Below, one piece after another: positions 60,024 to 64,000 of a stretch of DNA of 64,000 bases; within the stretch, counting starts at the first letter, position 1; the number at the start of each line of letters is the position of its first letter. The position numbers and the translations under genes are program-made. The stretch is taken from positions 13,240 through 77,239 of the forward strand of contig CAMKNB010000002.1 of the NCBI GenBank assembly GCA_946414095.1, in the 5' to 3' direction. This DNA is from an uncultured Mycoplasmatota bacterium. Its GTDB lineage: Bacteria; Bacillota_I; Bacilli_A; RF39; UBA660. The notes under the pieces are model-generated. The model ran no database searches. It saw nothing but the letters and a program-made list of their open reading frames with translations, and was not told the DNA's origin.

Positions 60024-60755
60024 ATGAAAAAAGGATTTACATTAGTTGAATTACTTGCAGTAATTGCTATAATTGGTATTCTTAGTGTTTTAGTAGTTCC
60101 AAGTATTATTAATATAAATAAAGGTATTAATGAAAGATTATTAGCTTCAAAAAAAGAAGAAATATCATCTAATGCTGAACTATATGCTAATAATAATGAA
60201 GACTTATTTAATGGTACCAATGAAGCATATATTTATGTATGGGAATTAATAGATGCAAATTATGTAAGCGTTGATACTAAATATGGATCAGATAATTGTA
60301 CTGAATCAAGAACTACAAAAGGATGTGTAATAAATCCAGTTAGCAAACAATCCATGAATGAAGATTATGTTATATTAACAAGACAAGGTGCTGGAGTTAC
60401 ATCTGAATATGTAAGTATGGGAGATGGGACAACATCTCAAGGGGTAAATGGAGATACGCTTGTAAATGCAGTATGTAAATTGCTTGAAAAACACAATGGA
60501 AATGCATATGTAGGTGATTCAATTGTTCCATGTAAATGTAATGATACTGCAGATTCACAATATCCTAATAATCCAGCTAAACTTGTAGATAATAATGGTC
60601 ATGATGTTTCTGCATGTCTTCTAAGTGGAACTGATGTAAATAATCATTTAAGATATGGAAATTTAAATAGTAATAATCCTAACTGGAGAGTTTTAGGATT
60701 ATATATGGTTGATGGTCATATAACTGCTAAAATGATAACAAGTGGTGCTGTTTAA
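60024..60755 (+). CDS. Type IV prepilin-like protein
   Basis: MKKG|FTLVELLAVI; several Cys residues. Confidence 0.85.
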   Translation: MKKGFTLVELLAVIAIIGILSVLVVPSIININKGINERLLASKKEEISSNAELYANNNEDLFNGTNEAYIYVWELIDANYVSVDTKYGSDNCTESRTTKGCVINPVSKQSMNEDYVILTRQGAGVTSEYVSMGDGTTSQGVNGDTLVNAVCKLLEKHNGNAYVGDSIVPCKCNDTADSQYPNNPAKLVDNNGHDVSACLLSGTDVNNHLRYGNLNSNNPNWRVLGLYMVDGHITAKMITSGAV

Positions 60756-60830
60756 TAGTAATAAAAACAATATAGTTTATATATTGTTTTTTTATGCTTA
60801 AAAAAGTATAATTGTTAATAGGAGAAAAGT

Positions 60831-61595
60831 ATGAAAGATTATTTTAAATATAGATATGGTAAAGGCATAGAATTTAATTTAAGTGAGAAAACACACTTGA
60901 TAATACTAGGTAATTCAAGTGACTTTTTTATTGATACATTAATTAATTATAATGATAAATGTAATATTTTTATTGGAGACAAAGAATTAAACAATGAAAA
61001 TATTCAAACAATAAGAAAAAGAATGTGCGTAGTTTTAAATAAACATTTAAATGTATTTGTAGGTGAAACAGTTAAAGATGAAATTGCTTTTGGTTTAGAA
61101 AGTCTTGCTATGTCTAAAAATGAAATACATGAATTAATAGAAGTTGAGAGCAAAAGATTTAAAATAGATAAAGTACTTGAAAAAGATCCAAATAGTTTAG
61201 GTAGTAGTGATAAAGCTAAAATGAAAATATTATCTTCACTTATAATAAATCCAAATGTATTAGTACTTGATAATATTATTAGTGAACTTGATTATAATGA
61301 CAAACTATTAGTATTAAATATATTGAAAGAATATCAAAATGATGGTGGAATTATTATTAATGTTACTAATAATGTAGAAGAATCATTATATTCAGATAAA
61401 ATAATAATTTTGTATGATAAAAAGCTTGTTTGTGAAGGAAAAACATTAAGTGTTTTAAATGAAGAAAAACTACTTAAAAGATTAGGTATTGGTCTTCCAT
61501 TTATAATTGAATTAAATAAATATTTTATGGATTATGGAATGATTAGTAAATATCAATTAAGTAATGAAAAGTTAGTAGGTGCTTTATGGAAATAG
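60831..61595 (+). CDS. ecfA1: ECF transporter A component homolog (degenerate ATPase)
   Basis: FVGETVKDEIAFGLE and GIGLPF motifs; synteny with ecfA2-ecfT-truA; Walker A absent. Confidence 0.75.
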   Translation: MKDYFKYRYGKGIEFNLSEKTHLIILGNSSDFFIDTLINYNDKCNIFIGDKELNNENIQTIRKRMCVVLNKHLNVFVGETVKDEIAFGLESLAMSKNEIHELIEVESKRFKIDKVLEKDPNSLGSSDKAKMKILSSLIINPNVLVLDNIISELDYNDKLLVLNILKEYQNDGGIIINVTNNVEESLYSDKIIILYDKKLVCEGKTLSVLNEEKLLKRLGIGLPFIIELNKYFMDYGMISKYQLSNEKLVGALWK

Positions 61596-62428
61596 TATTT
61601 GATAAAGTAACTTTCGTTATAAATAAAAATACTCCTCTTGAAAAGACAATATTAAATGATATTTCATTTAGTATTAGCGACTCTGGAATATATTCATTTA
61701 TTGGTGCTTCAAATAGTGGAAAAACTGCTATTGGAGACTTAATTAATGCGTTAGTTAGTCCTACTAAAGGAAGAGTAAAAATAGGAAGATTTTTAAATAA
61801 TGGAAGAAAAGTTAGAAATGTTAATAAATTAAGATTTGAAACTGGTTATGTATACAAGAATCCATATGACATGTTTTTTAATAAGACAGTAGAAGAAGAA
61901 CTTTCTTTTGGAATGAAATATTTTAAGTATAAAACTGATAAAATGTCTCTAAGAGTAAATGATGCATTAAAACTAGTTGGATTAAATGAATCTTATTTAG
62001 AGTTAGATCCACTTGAGTTAAATCTTATTGATGCTAAAAAATTAGCTTTAGCTTGTGTATTAATTTATAATCCTAAAATAATTATATTAGATGAATATAC
62101 AAATGGACTATCTAATAATGATAAAAATGATTTGATTAGACTTCTTAGAATATTAAAAACTAAATATAAAAAAACGATAATATTACTTTCAAAAGATACA
62201 TCTTTTTGTTATCAAGTAACAGATTATGTATATTTACTTAGTCTAACTAGATTAATTAAAGAAGGCAAAAAAGATATTCTTCATGATGAAGAATTACTTC
62301 ATAGTATTAATCTAGAAACACCAAGAATAGTCTCTTTTGTAAATGAATGTAATAAGAAAGGCCATGAAATAAGCTATTATACAAACATCCTTGATTTAAT
62401 TAAGGGGGTGTATAGAGATGTATTCTAG
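61586..62428 (+). CDS. ecfA2: ECF transporter A' component homolog (partly degenerate)
   Basis: NTPLEK..L.DISF, GASNSGKT, TVEEELSFG, IILDE. Confidence 0.8.
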   Translation: MEIVFDKVTFVINKNTPLEKTILNDISFSISDSGIYSFIGASNSGKTAIGDLINALVSPTKGRVKIGRFLNNGRKVRNVNKLRFETGYVYKNPYDMFFNKTVEEELSFGMKYFKYKTDKMSLRVNDALKLVGLNESYLELDPLELNLIDAKKLALACVLIYNPKIIILDEYTNGLSNNDKNDLIRLLRILKTKYKKTIILLSKDTSFCYQVTDYVYLLSLTRLIKEGKKDILHDEELLHSINLETPRIVSFVNECNKKGHEISYYTNILDLIKGVYRDVF

Positions 62429-63173
62429 GAATTCATTTGGATCATATTATCCAATAGATTCATGTATGAGTAGATTAAATCCAGTTATTAAACTAATAAA
62501 TTTTTTAATAATTGTATTACTTGTAATATTTAGCATGTCAACATATGTGAATATATTTATGCTAATGCTAGTGATTATAATGATGCTACTTAGTTTTGTA
62601 CCAATTAAATATTATTTAAGTACATTTTATTCATTAAGATATGTTTATGTTTTAATAATGCTATTATGTTATTATTTTCACACATCTTTAGAAGAATGTA
62701 TTGTTTATATGTCTAAAGTAGTAGTTGTTGTTGAGTATTTAAATATACTTGCATATACAACATCTCCAAGTGAAAGTATATATGGTATTGAAAAGTTTTT
62801 ATCATTTTTTAATTTTTTATATTTACCAATATCAAATATTGCATTTAAAATTAATTCTATACTAAGATATTTTCCATTATATTTAACTGTTAAATATAAA
62901 ACGTTAAAAGCATCTTCTTCAAGAGGAATAGATTATAATAGTTTAAATATATTTAAAAGATTTTTATTATTATTTAAAATTCGCAAAAATATAAGAAGAC
63001 TTACAAATTATAAAAGTAATGAAATTAGTAAATGCAGTGAATTAAGACTATATGATATTAAAAAATATAGAACTAATTATAGAACTAATAAAGTAGGATT
63101 CTATGATATATTCTTTTTATTATTTCATATAGTATTGCTTTATGCTCATGCTATAGAAGGAGGACTTATATGA
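62418..63173 (+). CDS. ecfT: ECF transporter T component homolog
   Basis: G.YYP.DS...RLNP..KL, TTSP, LRYFP, SRG. Confidence 0.8.
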   Translation: MYSRNSFGSYYPIDSCMSRLNPVIKLINFLIIVLLVIFSMSTYVNIFMLMLVIIMMLLSFVPIKYYLSTFYSLRYVYVLIMLLCYYFHTSLEECIVYMSKVVVVVEYLNILAYTTSPSESIYGIEKFLSFFNFLYLPISNIAFKINSILRYFPLYLTVKYKTLKASSSRGIDYNSLNIFKRFLLLFKIRKNIRRLTNYKSNEISKCSELRLYDIKKYRTNYRTNKVGFYDIFFLLFHIVLLYAHAIEGGLI

Positions 63174-63892
63174 GATATTTAATTAATATGTCTTACGATG
63201 GCTCTAAATTTTATGGATATCAAATTCAAAAAAATAATAAAACAGTTGAAGGTGAATTAGAAAGAGTATTATCAAAGATTTTAAATGCTAACATTAATAC
63301 GTTGGGTGCTTCAAGAACAGATAAGGGTGTGCATGCAAATAATCAATATTGTCATTTTGATTATGATAAAAATATTAATGTAAAAAAACTAGCTCATAGT
63401 ATTAATTCTTTAATAGATGAAAGTATTTATATAAAAAAAATAAAAAAAGTAAATGATGATTTTCATGCAAGATTTAATGTATTAAACAAAGAGTATATTT
63501 ATAAAATTAATATGGGAGAATATAATCCTATAGAAAAAGACTATACTCTTCAATATAACAAAAGTATAGATAAAAAATTAATAGATGATTTTGTTAAACT
63601 AATGAGTGGTAAACATAATTTTAAAAGTTTTACTTCTGATAAAGAGAGTAATGAATATGAAAGAGATTTAACTATTGATTATAAAATTAGTAATAAAGTA
63701 TTATATTTAAGATTCTACTCAAGTGGTTTTTTAAGATATATGATTAGAAACATAGTTGGCTTATTATTAGATATTAATGATGGTAAAAAGAGTTTATCTG
63801 ATATAGAATTTATATTTAATAGTAAAAGTCGATGTAGTGCTGGTTCATGTGCAAGTGGATGTGGGCTATATTTGAATAAAGTAGAGTATTGA
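63170..63892 (+). CDS. truA: tRNA pseudouridine(38-40) synthase
   Basis: YDGS.FYGYQ.Q, SRTDKGVHA, FHARF, GFLRYMIR. Confidence 0.96.
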   Translation: MRYLINMSYDGSKFYGYQIQKNNKTVEGELERVLSKILNANINTLGASRTDKGVHANNQYCHFDYDKNINVKKLAHSINSLIDESIYIKKIKKVNDDFHARFNVLNKEYIYKINMGEYNPIEKDYTLQYNKSIDKKLIDDFVKLMSGKHNFKSFTSDKESNEYERDLTIDYKISNKVLYLRFYSSGFLRYMIRNIVGLLLDINDGKKSLSDIEFIFNSKSRCSAGSCASGCGLYLNKVEY

Positions 63893-63936
63893 CATAAAAA
63901 ATAAAAAGTAGTATAAGATTAAAAAAGGAGGTTTTT

Positions 63937-64000
63937 ATGCAAATATATAATACACTTACAAGAAAAAAAGAAGAATTTATAGAAAATGAAAAAGGTAAGG
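63937..64000 (+). CDS. cysS: Cysteine-tRNA ligase, N-terminal fragment (partial at window edge)
   Basis: MQIYNTLTRKKEEF; AAGGAGG RBS; TTGACA upstream at 63889. Confidence 0.85.
   Translation, partial: MQIYNTLTRKKEEFIENEKGK

Overview
Very AT-rich chromosomal segment (genetic code 11, since TGA is used as a stop) from a reduced-genome Bacillota. The gene style suggests the uncultured Bacilli order RF39, but this is inference. Most of the window is housekeeping: hrcA-grpE-dnaK-pepF-dnaJ, ybeY-dgkA-cdd-era-recO, rpsD, rpmB, pheST, frr, ackA, truA and cysS. It also holds a compact endospore toolkit (yqfC-yqfD, spoIIGA-sigE, sigG-ylmC, spoVD) and dispersed type IV pilus genes (three prepilins and a PilB-type ATPase). 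No rRNA, tRNA, CRISPR array or transposase was seen. Best leads: (1) a C39-peptidase ABC exporter followed by two unannotated double-glycine peptides with GxxxG motifs and single C-terminal Cys residues; (2) tandem YhcG/DUF1016 nuclease genes, each carrying a different GC-rich palindrome at the same codon register inside the ORF; (3) a promoter-like motif shared by these two loci; (4) a ProRS paralog with a remodelled amino-acid pocket; (5) an ECF module with degenerate ATPase motifs; (6) a GrpE with a four-Cys insert; (7) an unannotated small ORF behind a consensus sigma-G promoter.
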